From the NCBI GenBank assembly GCA_963664325.2, contig CAXXDQ010000007.1, positions 832,001-896,000 of the forward strand: a DNA stretch of 64,000 nt, written 5' to 3'. Source of the DNA: Desulfomonilia bacterium. Lineage in GTDB: Bacteria; Desulfobacterota; Desulfomonilia; UBA1062. Positions 1 to 9,409 of this stretch are shown here, piece after piece. Every line of letters starts with the position of its first letter. Positions within the stretch are counted from its first letter, which is position 1. A model generated the notes under the pieces. That model ran no database searches and was not told where the DNA came from. It saw nothing but the letters and a program-made list of their open reading frames with translations. Both the position numbers and the translations under genes were made by a program.

Positions 1-1493
1 TCGAAGCGTATCTCATTGTAGTTCGCGTCCGAGCCCCCCTTGCTGCTGCGCGATTTGATGCCGGACTGGGTTGCGTTAGCGGGCAGCGCATAAGGCGGTG
101 TCTGGTGGCCGTTGTAGACGCTGCCGGTGATTATGGGCCTGTCGGGGTCGCCTTCAAGGAAATCGACAATAACCTCCTGGCCTATGCGGGGTATCCAGAC
201 CGCTCCCCAGCCCTGGCCCGCCCATACCTGTCCCACCCGGATCCAGCATGAGCTCTTCTCATCCTTTTTACCTTCCCTGTCCCAGTGGAACTGTACCTTT
301 ACCCTGCCGTGCTCGTCCGTGTAAATCTCCTCCCCCTTGGGGCCTGTAACAATGGCCGTCTGTGTGCCGTAAACCCTGGGTTTGGGAGTCTCCCTCCTGG
401 GCCTGTACGTGCCCTCATGCGGAATGCATGAGAAAAAATTCTCATATTTTGCATCGACCGATTCTCCGCCGGCCCCGACATCTTCCCTGGCCTCGTGCCT
501 GATGGCCGTGATTACGTATTCCTTCTTGTTCATGTCTTCCCTGTAATGGTCCTGCAGCTCGAACCGGTATCCTGAAATGAAGGCCCGGCACCTGCTGCTG
601 CCCGAGATCACCGTGATCATCGCCTCTTCTTCCTGCATGCGGATGTTAGCAATAGTGTCGCCGTCTTTCCTGTTTTCATAATAGCCCGGGTAATCATAGA
701 ATTCCCTCCCCGGAGGACCAATGGGGATTTTCGTATCATTTTCAACCTTGAGGTCTGTCGCGGGCATCTTGAAATTAAAATCAGCCATGGAATATTTGTC
801 CGGCCTTATGTCGACCGTGCGCTCAAGCCCGGTGATATAGTCTTTTTCACGAAGGCTGCCCGAGCTTATCTGGCACTGCGCCTGTTCTTGGCCCGGGCAC
901 GGCTTATGGGCCGCAGCGGAATCCGCAATGACCATTGTGTGCTTGCCGTTCTGGTGCTCGAAGAAATAGAAGATGCCCTCGTGCTCCATCAGTCTGGATA
1001 TGAAGTTCAGATCCGTTTCGTTGTACTGGACGCAATATTCCCTCTTTATGTACGGCTCCTTCTCGTCGATCCTGTAGTTCATAAGCTTTTTCTCAGTCAG
1101 TATCTTGTCAATAATCTCCAAAGGTTTCATGTTCTGGAAAATCCTTGAATCCGTTGTACGGGACAATATCCAGAAGGAAGGGACCATTATCGCCCTGTAC
1201 TGGGCCAGCTGAAGGTTCTTTTCCGTCCCGCCCGCGCCGCGTGTCTGTCTGAAGCTGGATATGATACCGTTAAAATATCGCCAGTCGCCGTTATGCAGCA
1301 TCAATGAGACCGTTACGGCCTTGCCCATTATGTCTTCGAATTTGATGTCGTTTTTTTCCGAAACCATTTCAAGCTCGTACCTGAACAGGCTCGATATCCC
1401 TTCAGTCCCTGAAAAGCCTGTAAGGATAAGGACATCTTTTCCAAGAGGGGTTTCAATCTTCATTGCCCTGTTATCCTGTGTGAATGTCTGCAT
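1..1493 (-). CDS. vgrG: Type VI secretion system spike protein VgrG (TssI); 3' end runs off the left edge
   Basis: Missing from the ORF track because it has no stop in the window. Read by hand: ATG at 1493 after GAGG gives MQTFTQDNRAMKIETPLGKDVLILTGFSGTEGISSLFRYELE..., and near the edge WIPRIGQEVIVDFLEGDPDRPIITGSVYN, the VgrG/gp5 OB-fold signature. Confidence 0.95.
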   Translation of the reverse strand, partial: MQTFTQDNRAMKIETPLGKDVLILTGFSGTEGISSLFRYELEMVSEKNDIKFEDIMGKAVTVSLMLHNGDWRYFNGIISSFRQTRGAGGTEKNLQLAQYRAIMVPSFWILSRTTDSRIFQNMKPLEIIDKILTEKKLMNYRIDEKEPYIKREYCVQYNETDLNFISRLMEHEGIFYFFEHQNGKHTMVIADSAAAHKPCPGQEQAQCQISSGSLREKDYITGLERTVDIRPDKYSMADFNFKMPATDLKVENDTKIPIGPPGREFYDYPGYYENRKDGDTIANIRMQEEEAMITVISGSSRCRAFISGYRFELQDHYREDMNKKEYVITAIRHEAREDVGAGGESVDAKYENFFSCIPHEGTYRPRRETPKPRVYGTQTAIVTGPKGEEIYTDEHGRVKVQFHWDREGKKDEKSSCWIRVGQVWAGQGWGAVWIPRIGQEVIVDFLEGDPDRPIITGSVYNGHQTPPYALPANATQSGIKSRSSKGGSDANYNEIRF

Positions 1494-1944
1494 GGCTTTA
1501 CCTCGCTTAAAAATATTGTCCAGTGAACAAGGCTCTGAAGCCGGCAGAAAAGTCGGGCTTCTGCTGCCTGCTCCTGTCGTGTTGATTATGATAACAACAA
1601 TATAAGGATTAAAAACATTACTGTCTACTGACTACTTTGTCCTTTTCTGTTATTCTCGGACAATGCCGAACTTTCCGGGACTGGATAAAGAAAAAGTTCC
1701 GGAATCAGACGATCTCCTTTGACGGACGGCAATTGCTTGCCGGGCTCCTGGCCGGGATTTCATCAGCTGTAAAGGCCCCGGTAGAAAACCTGCAGCAGGG
1801 GTTCTGCAGCCACATAAGAGAGATTGTTTCAAAAGGGTTCCTGTTCAGGGCCGGGTAAAAGGCCGCAAGGAAACCGGCGCCGGGAGACGGCATAAAAAAC
1901 GGGTTACAAACATTAAAAAATTCAATATCCTTGGTAACTAAATC

Positions 1945-3675
1945 ATGAAAGAGAAAACTGTGACAAGGAAAATGCTCAAGGCAAGGATTGACGCCGCACG
2001 GGGCTCGATAAAGCCCGACCTAGTGCTGAAGGAAGGCAATGTCGTAAACGTATTTACCGGCGGCATAAACATCTGCGATGTCGCCGTTCATTCAGACGTC
2101 ATAGTAGGTCTTGGAAGCTATGACGGCAGGGTCAACATCGATGCAAAGAACAAGTTCGTCATACCCGGACTCGTTGAAGGGCATATCCACATTGAAAGCA
2201 CGTTGCTGTCCCCGTCTGAATTCGCCCGCGCCGTGCTTCCCTGCGGGACCACAACAGTCGTGGCTGACCCTCATGAAATAGCAAATGTAATGGGCACCGA
2301 AGGCATCGAATATATGCTCGATGCGTCTCTGAACCTGCCGGTCGATATCTATTACATGGCACCTTCATGCGTGCCGGCCACAACCTTTGAAACGGCCGGG
2401 GCAACCCTGGAGGCAAAGACGCTGAAAAAGTTCATCGGCCACCCGCGCATCCTCGGGCTTGGCGAGGTCATGAACTATCCGGGCGTCATTGCAGGCGACA
2501 GCCCGGTGCTTGAAAAGCTGCTCGCCTTTTCAGGAAGGACGATCGACGGACATGCCCCGCTCGTGACCGGAAACAATCTCAATGCTTACGCCGTAACAGG
2601 CATCAGTTCGGACCATGAATGCTCCATGATGAAAGAGGCCAGAGCGCAGGTTTCGGCAGGCATGCACCTGATGATAAGGGAAGGCACGCAGGCCAAAAAC
2701 ATGAGGGACCTGATAGGCTTTGTCACACCCTTCAACAATCCCAGATGTTCGTTTGTAACAGATGACCTGCATCCCCATGACCTCATGCGGAAAGGGCACT
2801 TGAACAACCTGATCGACCTGGCGGTTGAGCTCGGGCTGGACCCTGTCACTGCCATCAAGATGGCTTCATTCAACACGGCTCAGCATTTCGGGCTGAACGG
2901 CATCGGCGCCATTGCACCCGGTTACCGGGCGGATATTGTCCTCCTTTCATCGATCAAACCGGTAAGGGTTGAAAAGGTCATAAAGCGTGGCGGCATGGTA
3001 TTTGACGGCGGCAAAATCCTTGCGTCTGTTCCGGCTCCCGTTGTTTCGGGACAGCTCAGGCGCATGAATGTTGCGCCATTTGATGAGAACTCGCTGAGGG
3101 TGAAGGATACGGGCCGGAAAATCCGCGTAATCGGCATCATACCCGAACAGGTCATCACCCGCGGCCTGGTCATGGAGCCCAATGTCAGGGACGGCCTGAT
3201 CCTGCCCGACGTGAAAAGCGATATTCTCAAGGTGGTCGTAATTGAGCGGCACAGGGCTACCGGCAATCTCGGTTTAGGCTTTGTACACGGTCTGGGCCTC
3301 GAGTCCGGGGCGATCGCATCGAGTGTGGCCCACGATTCGCACAACATAATCTCGGCAGGAACCAATGATACTGACATCTATATGGCGGCCAAAGCGGTTG
3401 AGAGGATGAAGGGGGGACTGGCGGCGGTCAGGGAGGGAAAAGTCATCGCCAGCCTTGCCCTGCCGGTTGCAGGCCTTATGTCGGACAAGCCGCTCAAGAA
3501 AGTTGCCGCCTCCTGGGAAAAGCTGCGCAGTGTCGCCAAGGACCTGGGCTCGCTGCACAGGGAGCCTTTCATGGAACTCTCGTTCCTGGCCCTTCCCGTC
3601 ATACCTGAACTGAAGCTGACGGATAAGGGGCTGTTTGATGTCAGTGCATTCAAGCCGGTCGATCTTTTTGTCTGA
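1945..3675 (+). CDS. ade: Adenine deaminase
   Basis: 576 aa amidohydrolase with GHIHIES, DPHEIANV, DGHAP, SDHEC and AHDSHN motifs. Confidence 0.93.
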   Translation: MKEKTVTRKMLKARIDAARGSIKPDLVLKEGNVVNVFTGGINICDVAVHSDVIVGLGSYDGRVNIDAKNKFVIPGLVEGHIHIESTLLSPSEFARAVLPCGTTTVVADPHEIANVMGTEGIEYMLDASLNLPVDIYYMAPSCVPATTFETAGATLEAKTLKKFIGHPRILGLGEVMNYPGVIAGDSPVLEKLLAFSGRTIDGHAPLVTGNNLNAYAVTGISSDHECSMMKEARAQVSAGMHLMIREGTQAKNMRDLIGFVTPFNNPRCSFVTDDLHPHDLMRKGHLNNLIDLAVELGLDPVTAIKMASFNTAQHFGLNGIGAIAPGYRADIVLLSSIKPVRVEKVIKRGGMVFDGGKILASVPAPVVSGQLRRMNVAPFDENSLRVKDTGRKIRVIGIIPEQVITRGLVMEPNVRDGLILPDVKSDILKVVVIERHRATGNLGLGFVHGLGLESGAIASSVAHDSHNIISAGTNDTDIYMAAKAVERMKGGLAAVREGKVIASLALPVAGLMSDKPLKKVAASWEKLRSVAKDLGSLHREPFMELSFLALPVIPELKLTDKGLFDVSAFKPVDLFV

Positions 3676-3715
3676 TTATGCTTCGCAGGCGATTTTTTAT
3701 CACGCCCTGCACAGA

Positions 3716-4270
3716 TCACGCGGCGGCCGGCCCTCCCGCGCCCTGCCTTGCAACAAAGCCCTGCGAGTTCAGGCCGGTTGCCGAAGGGGTCCCGGCGATC
3801 TGGGCAAGGTATTTTTCACCGAGCTTTGCAATATGGTCGCTGACATTGTCGAAATAATTGAAGTGGATCTGCTCCTCGTCGGTTATCGCCTCAAAAAGTT
3901 TCGCGCTTATGTTGTCGCCGTTGTCCCTGCATACCTGGAGAAACTGATTATACTGATCGATCGTATCGTCTTCGAGCTTGGCGTCGAACGGGAATATGGC
4001 CTGCATTTTCTGCCCTTTTTCAGCCTTCTTCAAAGGCTCGACGGTAGGCTCTCCGTCAAGCTCCTTTATCCTGTCGGCAAACATCTCGGCATGCCTCATT
4101 TCGTCAATGGCTATGAGCTTGACCTTGGCGGCCAGTTCGCCGTAGTCCATGTCATCGAGATTGTAGTGCTGGTTCATGTACTGGGCAATGGCCTGCAGTT
4201 CCATGCCCCTGGCCTTGTTCAGCACGCCGATAACCTTTGCCCTTTTCTGTTCCTTTGAGTTCTGAGCCAT
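3716..4270 (-). CDS. bfr: Bacterioferritin
   Basis: Ferroxidase ligands (ELQAIAQY, IDEMRHAE, DEEQIH) and the haem-ligand Met in DEMRH. ATG at 4270 follows AGGAGG. Confidence 0.8.
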   Translation of the reverse strand: MAQNSKEQKRAKVIGVLNKARGMELQAIAQYMNQHYNLDDMDYGELAAKVKLIAIDEMRHAEMFADRIKELDGEPTVEPLKKAEKGQKMQAIFPFDAKLEDDTIDQYNQFLQVCRDNGDNISAKLFEAITDEEQIHFNYFDNVSDHIAKLGEKYLAQIAGTPSATGLNSQGFVARQGAGGPAAA

Positions 4271-4304
4271 GAACAACCTCCTTTGTTTGATCTTCAAAAG
4301 TTAC

Positions 4305-4321
4305 TTGATATTGGTTCGCAA
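4305..4321. promoter_or_regulatory. Possible Fur/PerR-type box upstream of bfr
   Basis: Imperfect palindrome TTGATATTGGTTCGCAA 35 bp upstream of an iron-storage gene. Confidence 0.3.
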
Positions 4322-4394
4322 TATTATATTTATTTGAATATGAAATAAAGAAGGATTCACACTCCAGTCACATTGCCTCAAACGGAGGAAGCTC

Positions 4395-5009
4395 TTGGAA
4401 ACGCTTGAAGAAAAGATAGCCCGCGTGGTGAAAGAGGAAGCGGCCGTTGTTCCGTACGATCCCTGCTGGCCGGAACTGTTTGAGCAGGAGCGGTTCCATC
4501 TGCTGGCCAGCCTGCCCGAGGGTCTCATCAAGAGGATCGAGCATTTCGGCAGCACCGCCGTCCCCGGACTTCCGGCCAAGCCCGTTGTGGATATACTGGT
4601 CGAGGTGGCAAGCCTTGACGAGACCAGGCGGATAATTGCGCCCATCCTCGAAGCTCAGGGCTATGATTACTTCTGGAGGCCGACATCAGGAGACGATACG
4701 CCGCCCTATTATGCGTGGTTTATCAAGCGTGACGGCAGCGGAAACAGGACGCATCACATCCACATGGTCGAGTCCCGGTTCGAACACTGGGACAGGCTCC
4801 TGTTCCGGGACTATCTCATCGAACATCCAGACACCGCCCGGGAATACGGCGATCTCAAGGTGAGACTATCAAGGGTGCACCAAAATGACCGGACAGCCTA
4901 TACCGAGGCCAAGAGCGACTTTATCGGACGGGTTACCGAAACGGCCAAAAAGCACTACGCTAAGACCCTGCAAGTGCATGACGATCAGGGGCCGGACGCA
5001 GGCAACTAG
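4395..5009 (+). CDS. GrpB family (nucleotidyltransferase-like) protein
   Basis: IEHFGSTAVPGLPAKPVVDI, RTHHIH, LLFRDYL and YTEAKSDFI motifs. TTG start after GGAGG. Confidence 0.9.
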   Translation: METLEEKIARVVKEEAAVVPYDPCWPELFEQERFHLLASLPEGLIKRIEHFGSTAVPGLPAKPVVDILVEVASLDETRRIIAPILEAQGYDYFWRPTSGDDTPPYYAWFIKRDGSGNRTHHIHMVESRFEHWDRLLFRDYLIEHPDTAREYGDLKVRLSRVHQNDRTAYTEAKSDFIGRVTETAKKHYAKTLQVHDDQGPDAGN

Positions 5010-5085
5010 CATAAGAATTAGTTTTTTACACAATCAGCTCTTTCCGGTATAAACATTAGTTAAGCCGTCATTGGGAGGGAAGGAA

Positions 5086-5478
5086 ATGGAAAATAAGGAT
5101 CGCTACCAGAGAGGCTGGGAAAAGCTTAAAGAGGTCGATGGAGAAGCCGGAGAACGCGTCATCGAAAGTCTGAAAGATATAGCACCTGATTTTGCCCGCT
5201 ACCTGATTGAGTTCCCGTTCGGAGATATCTACTCCCGCACTGCCCTTGATCTCAAATCCCGCGAAATTGCTGTTGTTGCGGCCCTTACGGCCCTCGGCAA
5301 TGCGGCCCCTCAATTGAAGGTCCACATTCACGGGGCACTGAATGTCGGCTGTAGCCGGCAGGAAGTCGTAGAGGTAATCATGCAGATGGCGGTCTATGCC
5401 GGATTTCCTGCTGCGCTCAACGGACTGTTCGCGGCGAAAGAGGTTTTCAAAGAGCGTGACGAATCGGGAAAAAGTTAG
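5086..5478 (+). CDS. Carboxymuconolactone decarboxylase family protein
   Basis: [27 protein letters not shown] and YAGFPAALN motifs. Confidence 0.9.
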   Translation: MENKDRYQRGWEKLKEVDGEAGERVIESLKDIAPDFARYLIEFPFGDIYSRTALDLKSREIAVVAALTALGNAAPQLKVHIHGALNVGCSRQEVVEVIMQMAVYAGFPAALNGLFAAKEVFKERDESGKS

Positions 5479-5491
5479 ACTGTTCGGTGAT

Positions 5492-5556
5492 TGAATAAAC
5501 TCAGGCCGGCAAATCCTTTCACTCTTTTGCCGGAAGGTTATGCGAGGCGTTAGAAC
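5492..5556 (+). repeat. Degenerate integron attC-like site (R'' box missing)
   Basis: Inner stem CCGGCAAA/TTTGCCGG, L-box-like ATAAACT/AGGTTAT and terminal GCGTTAGAAC, lying between two short co-oriented genes. Confidence 0.45.
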
Positions 5557-5583
5557 AAGGCACCCTACGAAAGGAATATAATC

Positions 5584-5784
5584 ATGAAAGAAGTTTCAAT
5601 AAACAATGACATTATTCCAATTACCGATTTCAAGTCAGGCATATCAAAAGACTATGACGATCTCGTTTATAGAAAATCATTTCTCGATTCTGTAAGCAGA
5701 GGTATTGCTGATGCTGACAGCGGAAGAACATCCAGCACAAAAAGTCTCAGGGCAAAAATGTCTTCAAAAAGGAATGGGATATAA
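5584..5784 (+). pseudogene. Phd/YefM-family antitoxin with an in-frame internal deletion
   Basis: N-terminal DIIPITDFKSGISK is joined directly to the C-terminal DYDDLVYRKSFLDSVSRGIADADSGR. The usual central 'PxxITxNGxxxxVL' segment is absent. Confidence 0.6.
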
Positions 5785-5792
5785 AGTTTCTC

Positions 5793-5826
5793 TTGAAATA
5801 TTGTATCCTAAAGGATACTGTACAAT
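5793..5826 (+). promoter_or_regulatory. TA promoter with operator palindrome; transcript probably leaderless
   Basis: Perfect inverted repeat GTATCCT-AA-AGGATAC (5803-5818) between TTGAAA and a -10-like TACTGT/TACAAT just before ATG 5830. No RBS. Confidence 0.6.
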
Positions 5827-5829
5827 ATA

Positions 5830-6120
5830 ATGATAAAAGTTCTCCAAACTGTGGAATATTCAAAATGGTTTGATAATCTTCACGACCGTCATGCTCGAAT
5901 GAGGATTGACATCAGGATCAGGCGATTGTCTCTTGGGAATCCAGGTGATGTTAAGCCTGTCGGTGAAGGTGTTTCAGAGCTTAGAATTGATTTTGGTCCA
6001 GGCTACAGGATTTATTTTATTCAGAAAGGTAGCACATTGATAATACTTCTTGCAGGTGGAACAAAAGGCACTCAGAAAAAAGATATCAGGCAAGCTATCG
6101 AACTGGCGAAACAGACATAG
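5830..6120 (+). CDS. Type II TA toxin, RelE/ParE superfamily (addiction module killer type)
   Basis: RIRRLSLGNPGDVKPVGEGVSELRIDFGPGYRIYF...LLAGGTKGTQKKDI. Confidence 0.93.
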   Translation: MIKVLQTVEYSKWFDNLHDRHARMRIDIRIRRLSLGNPGDVKPVGEGVSELRIDFGPGYRIYFIQKGSTLIILLAGGTKGTQKKDIRQAIELAKQT

Positions 6121-6129
6121 GAGTTGAAT

Positions 6130-6420
6130 ATGAAAAAAACAAAAACTAAACCATGGGATGCAGCAGAGCACCTTGAGACTGAAGAAGATATGGCAGCATA
6201 TTTAGAGGCTGCCCTTGAAGATGGTGATCCTGCGCTTGTTGCAGCCGCCATCGGGGATATAGCCCGAGCGCGGGGAATGGCTCAGATCGCTAGAGATTCA
6301 GGACTCGGAAGAGAAAGCCTTTACAAAGCGCTATCTCCTGAAGGTAATCCCGAATTTGCCACAATTCTAAAAGTTGTTCATGCACTCGGCCTTAAGCTGC
6401 ATGCAACACCTGCGAATTGA
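6130..6420 (+). CDS. Type II TA antitoxin (addiction module antidote, HTH)
   Basis: WDAAEHLETEEDMAAYL...GMAQIARDSGLGRESLYKALSPEGNPEFATILKV, directly downstream of the toxin. Confidence 0.93.
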   Translation: MKKTKTKPWDAAEHLETEEDMAAYLEAALEDGDPALVAAAIGDIARARGMAQIARDSGLGRESLYKALSPEGNPEFATILKVVHALGLKLHATPAN

Positions 6421-6587
6421 AAATTAATGGGAGGCATAATTAACGCTTTACTGTATAATCATTAAATATCAAATCAAGCAAAGCCAAGAAGGGGGAATTC
6501 ATGATAGCTCCCGGGATTTAAAAGGCTGATTTCTGATTTTATTTTATACTGTGGCAGAATAATGAATTGTTAGACTCTAAGGTAAAT

Positions 6588-8123
6588 ATGAAGCAAAATA
6601 CCACACCTGATTTTCATCAAATAATTGAAGAATACACCGATGAGCTTGGTTTGCTACGACAGAACCGTCTGCAAGATGAAGGTGGTTTCATTAGATTCTC
6701 TTCAGAACGAGGTATTTCAGTATGGGGTATTATAACAGGCGATCCCGGTGATTTTTATAGACGAAGGTGGCTTTCTAGTGATGGCACGAATTACAATGGT
6801 GGCCCCTTATTTCACCCTTTCAGGATGTACACACTTTTCAAAATACTTGAAGCCTGTAAACTTAATATTGCAACATCCTCAACTATTAATAGGGATTCTT
6901 TGATTGGACTTATTGAATGTGCACTATCATTAATGCAAAATGTAGAACAAATTGGCGAAATGACAAGTCAATGGGATCAGGTAGTTAACCTCGCAATCCT
7001 GCTGGAGCCAATCTATTGGCCTAAAATTACTGGTCATCTATCAATATCAGGAATAATGAATGAAGAAAATTTCAAGAAACATCGTGAATGTTATCGTGAT
7101 AAAATAAGGCAGTTGGTAGTTTCTTTAAATTCAACAGATTGGCGCAAGATTCACGAGTCTTTACGTTTTGATGCTGCTAATATTGATGATAACGGAAGCT
7201 TATATCTCTTGCTTCGTCTTTCAAGCTGGAGCCAACGTGAGAGGTTGAAAGGACATATTGCAGGGGCTCTCTGGTTTAGACATATGGCAGAAGTAATCAG
7301 ACGAGCTTTTGAAGATTTCACTTCTGAAAAGTGGGAAGAAGAAGACCAAGCCTATGGAATGTGGTCCCATGGTGTTCGAACTAATATATACGGTTCCGAA
7401 AGACCTCTTGATGATGAATTGCATAGCAGGCCTTATATAGCGTTGTACCACAGACTTTTCACTGGCAGTGTTATTCGTTGGTATGTTGAAGGGGATACAG
7501 AATATTATGCGATACTAAAGATTCTTCCCGAGCTATCAAAAATAGGTGTTGAATTGGTGAATCTACATGGAAACATAGCGACCTCAAAGCAAAATGTGGC
7601 ACTGAAACTAAGAGATTGTCTAAAAGAAGATAAAGCATTGAGACGTTTTAGCATGATTTCCTTTGATACTGATGTTGCTGCAAATGTTAAATTGGTTAAG
7701 CGCCAAATTAAGCAGAAAAACATTATAGGTTTCATTGCTGCTCATAAACCCGATTTTGAGTTTTCAAATTTCACAATCTATGAACTTTCAGATATTGCCG
7801 CAAAAATCTATGAAACAGGTGGTTTCTCTGGCAAAGTGATACGCAATGCAAATTGGTCAGGTGTGGATTGCAGTCGTATTTTCGAGGAAAGATATAAGAA
7901 ATTTTCAGCTAAGCATCCCCAGAGCCTCAAAGGCAAAGAATGGGGTGAAGCATTAGCATCGTATGCTCTTGAACATCCACATCGAGAAGACGATGGAAGT
8001 GAGCGCCCCTTTTGGCGAGAGATTCGAGTTGCTTTACAGTCTAGAGTAGCCAATTATGATTTCCAAAAAGACCACTATGAATTCAACCCTGTCACTTTTG
8101 AATTAATTAAGTCTAATACTTAG
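6588..8123 (+). CDS. AT-rich hypothetical protein with a C-terminal OLD-type TOPRIM-like domain
   Basis: About 510 aa. WYVEGDTE, VELVNLHG, SFDTD and PDFE match the TOPRIM acidic motif order. N-terminal ~300 aa not recognised. Confidence 0.65.
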   Translation: MKQNTTPDFHQIIEEYTDELGLLRQNRLQDEGGFIRFSSERGISVWGIITGDPGDFYRRRWLSSDGTNYNGGPLFHPFRMYTLFKILEACKLNIATSSTINRDSLIGLIECALSLMQNVEQIGEMTSQWDQVVNLAILLEPIYWPKITGHLSISGIMNEENFKKHRECYRDKIRQLVVSLNSTDWRKIHESLRFDAANIDDNGSLYLLLRLSSWSQRERLKGHIAGALWFRHMAEVIRRAFEDFTSEKWEEEDQAYGMWSHGVRTNIYGSERPLDDELHSRPYIALYHRLFTGSVIRWYVEGDTEYYAILKILPELSKIGVELVNLHGNIATSKQNVALKLRDCLKEDKALRRFSMISFDTDVAANVKLVKRQIKQKNIIGFIAAHKPDFEFSNFTIYELSDIAAKIYETGGFSGKVIRNANWSGVDCSRIFEERYKKFSAKHPQSLKGKEWGEALASYALEHPHREDDGSERPFWREIRVALQSRVANYDFQKDHYEFNPVTFELIKSNT

Positions 8124-8326
8124 TTATAATATTTTGTAGAATACAACTAAATCAGTTATTGATAGTTGAAAAACCTGTAAAGATAAAAAGATAAATAATT
8201 GCCAAAAAATTCAATTCCACAGTTGATTATCTAACCTGTTAACATATAACATACAGGGCGGTAGAATAAGGCAGACCGCGAAGCGACTAAGGTCGGAAGT
8301 TAGGAAAACACATATGACACAAACCA

Positions 8327-8522
8327 TTCCATTTAGCATTCAAGATGATGCCGAGGCGGCAAGGAGGAAGCGACGCAGGTGTACTTTTGACGTACTCCGA
8401 GGAGCATTCCGACGCAGCCAACAAATTTTCGCTTCACGAAAATTGACGCACCAAAGGTACGCCCGGAGGGTGAGGGCCGTCAATGGCCCGAATCAAAGGC
8501 AGGGCTTGAATGATAAATGGAA
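8327..8522. mobile_element. Miniature inverted-repeat (MITE/REP-like) element
   Basis: 18-bp terminal inverted repeats TTCCATTTAGCATTCAAG / CTTGAATGATAAATGGAA (17/18 match), with internal hairpins such as AATTTTCG-CTTCA-CGAAAATT. Confidence 0.6.
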
Positions 8523-8537
8523 GTAAAGGAGGATATT

Positions 8538-9059
8538 ATGAGCATAGAAGCTAATTTACAGGCCCTCGAAAAGGCCCTGCAGCTGGAAATCGACGGCATG
8601 GCATTCTACAGGAAGGCTTCAAACGCGGCGCAGAACACGGTCACCAAAGAAATGTTCGCCTACCTTGCCGATGCCGAGGTGACCCACATGGACAGGATCA
8701 AGCATATAAGCGAATCGCTCAATATGACCGGCAACTGGTCCAGGACCGAGCATGACAAGGCGCATGCCGGGATAAAAGAGATTTTCAGTAGACTGGCCAG
8801 AGAAAACAAGGACAGCCTTGTGCCCGCAGCCGCAGAAATGCAGGCGCTCGAAACCGGCCTTGACCTTGAAGTGAAGTCCATAGACTTTTACACTATCCAG
8901 CTCGGAAAAGCTGGCGACGCAAATGAAAAGGCCTTTTATTCGAGCCTGATTGAAGAAGAGGAATCGCATTTCAGGACGCTCAAAGACATGAAGTTTTATC
9001 TCGAACAGCCGGACGCCTGGTTTATTGAGCATGAGAGGCATGGGCTGGACGGCGCCTGA
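8538..9059 (+). CDS. Ferritin-like / rubrerythrin-family di-iron protein
   Basis: Two helix pairs: ALQLEIDGMAFY...AEVTH and LEVKSIDFY...EEESH. AGGAGG RBS. Confidence 0.85.
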   Translation: MSIEANLQALEKALQLEIDGMAFYRKASNAAQNTVTKEMFAYLADAEVTHMDRIKHISESLNMTGNWSRTEHDKAHAGIKEIFSRLARENKDSLVPAAAEMQALETGLDLEVKSIDFYTIQLGKAGDANEKAFYSSLIEEEESHFRTLKDMKFYLEQPDAWFIEHERHGLDGA

Positions 9060-9409
9060 TACAGGGCGTAATAACTTCACATCCCTTTGCCGCTTCTTTG
9101 GCTCAACATTGCGGCATATGAACAAGCTGTTGAGCTTTTAAACAGGACCTTTACAGCCTTTGATCCTGCCTATCAGCTTTTCGGTTCATCATCTTGTCAG
9201 TTAAGAGGCATGCTCGCGTCCCTTCCCTGCCACGGCCTTTGCTGCTTCATCCTGACTGGAAACCTGGATAGAAAAAGAAATGCCGGCGGTAGCAAAAAAA
9301 CGATTTATGTTTTGGGCTTTATGCTTTAAACAGGAATAAGAAATCAGGCTTTTTAAACTCTCAACTCTCCAATGACCGCTCAGCACTTAATACTTTTTAA
9401 GGAGGATAC

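Noticed and set aside
127-1893. Short ORFs in the track over the first 1.9 kb
   Set aside because: Most are shadows of the minus-strand vgrG; the rest lie in the vgrG-ade intergenic region with no recognisable motifs.
8314-8526. 70-aa ORF upstream of the ferritin-like gene
   Set aside because: It coincides with the TIR-bounded palindromic element and is probably non-coding.
3716-9059. Ferritin-like proteins as encapsulin cargo
   Set aside because: No encapsulin shell gene is in the window and no LxIGSL-type targeting peptide is present.
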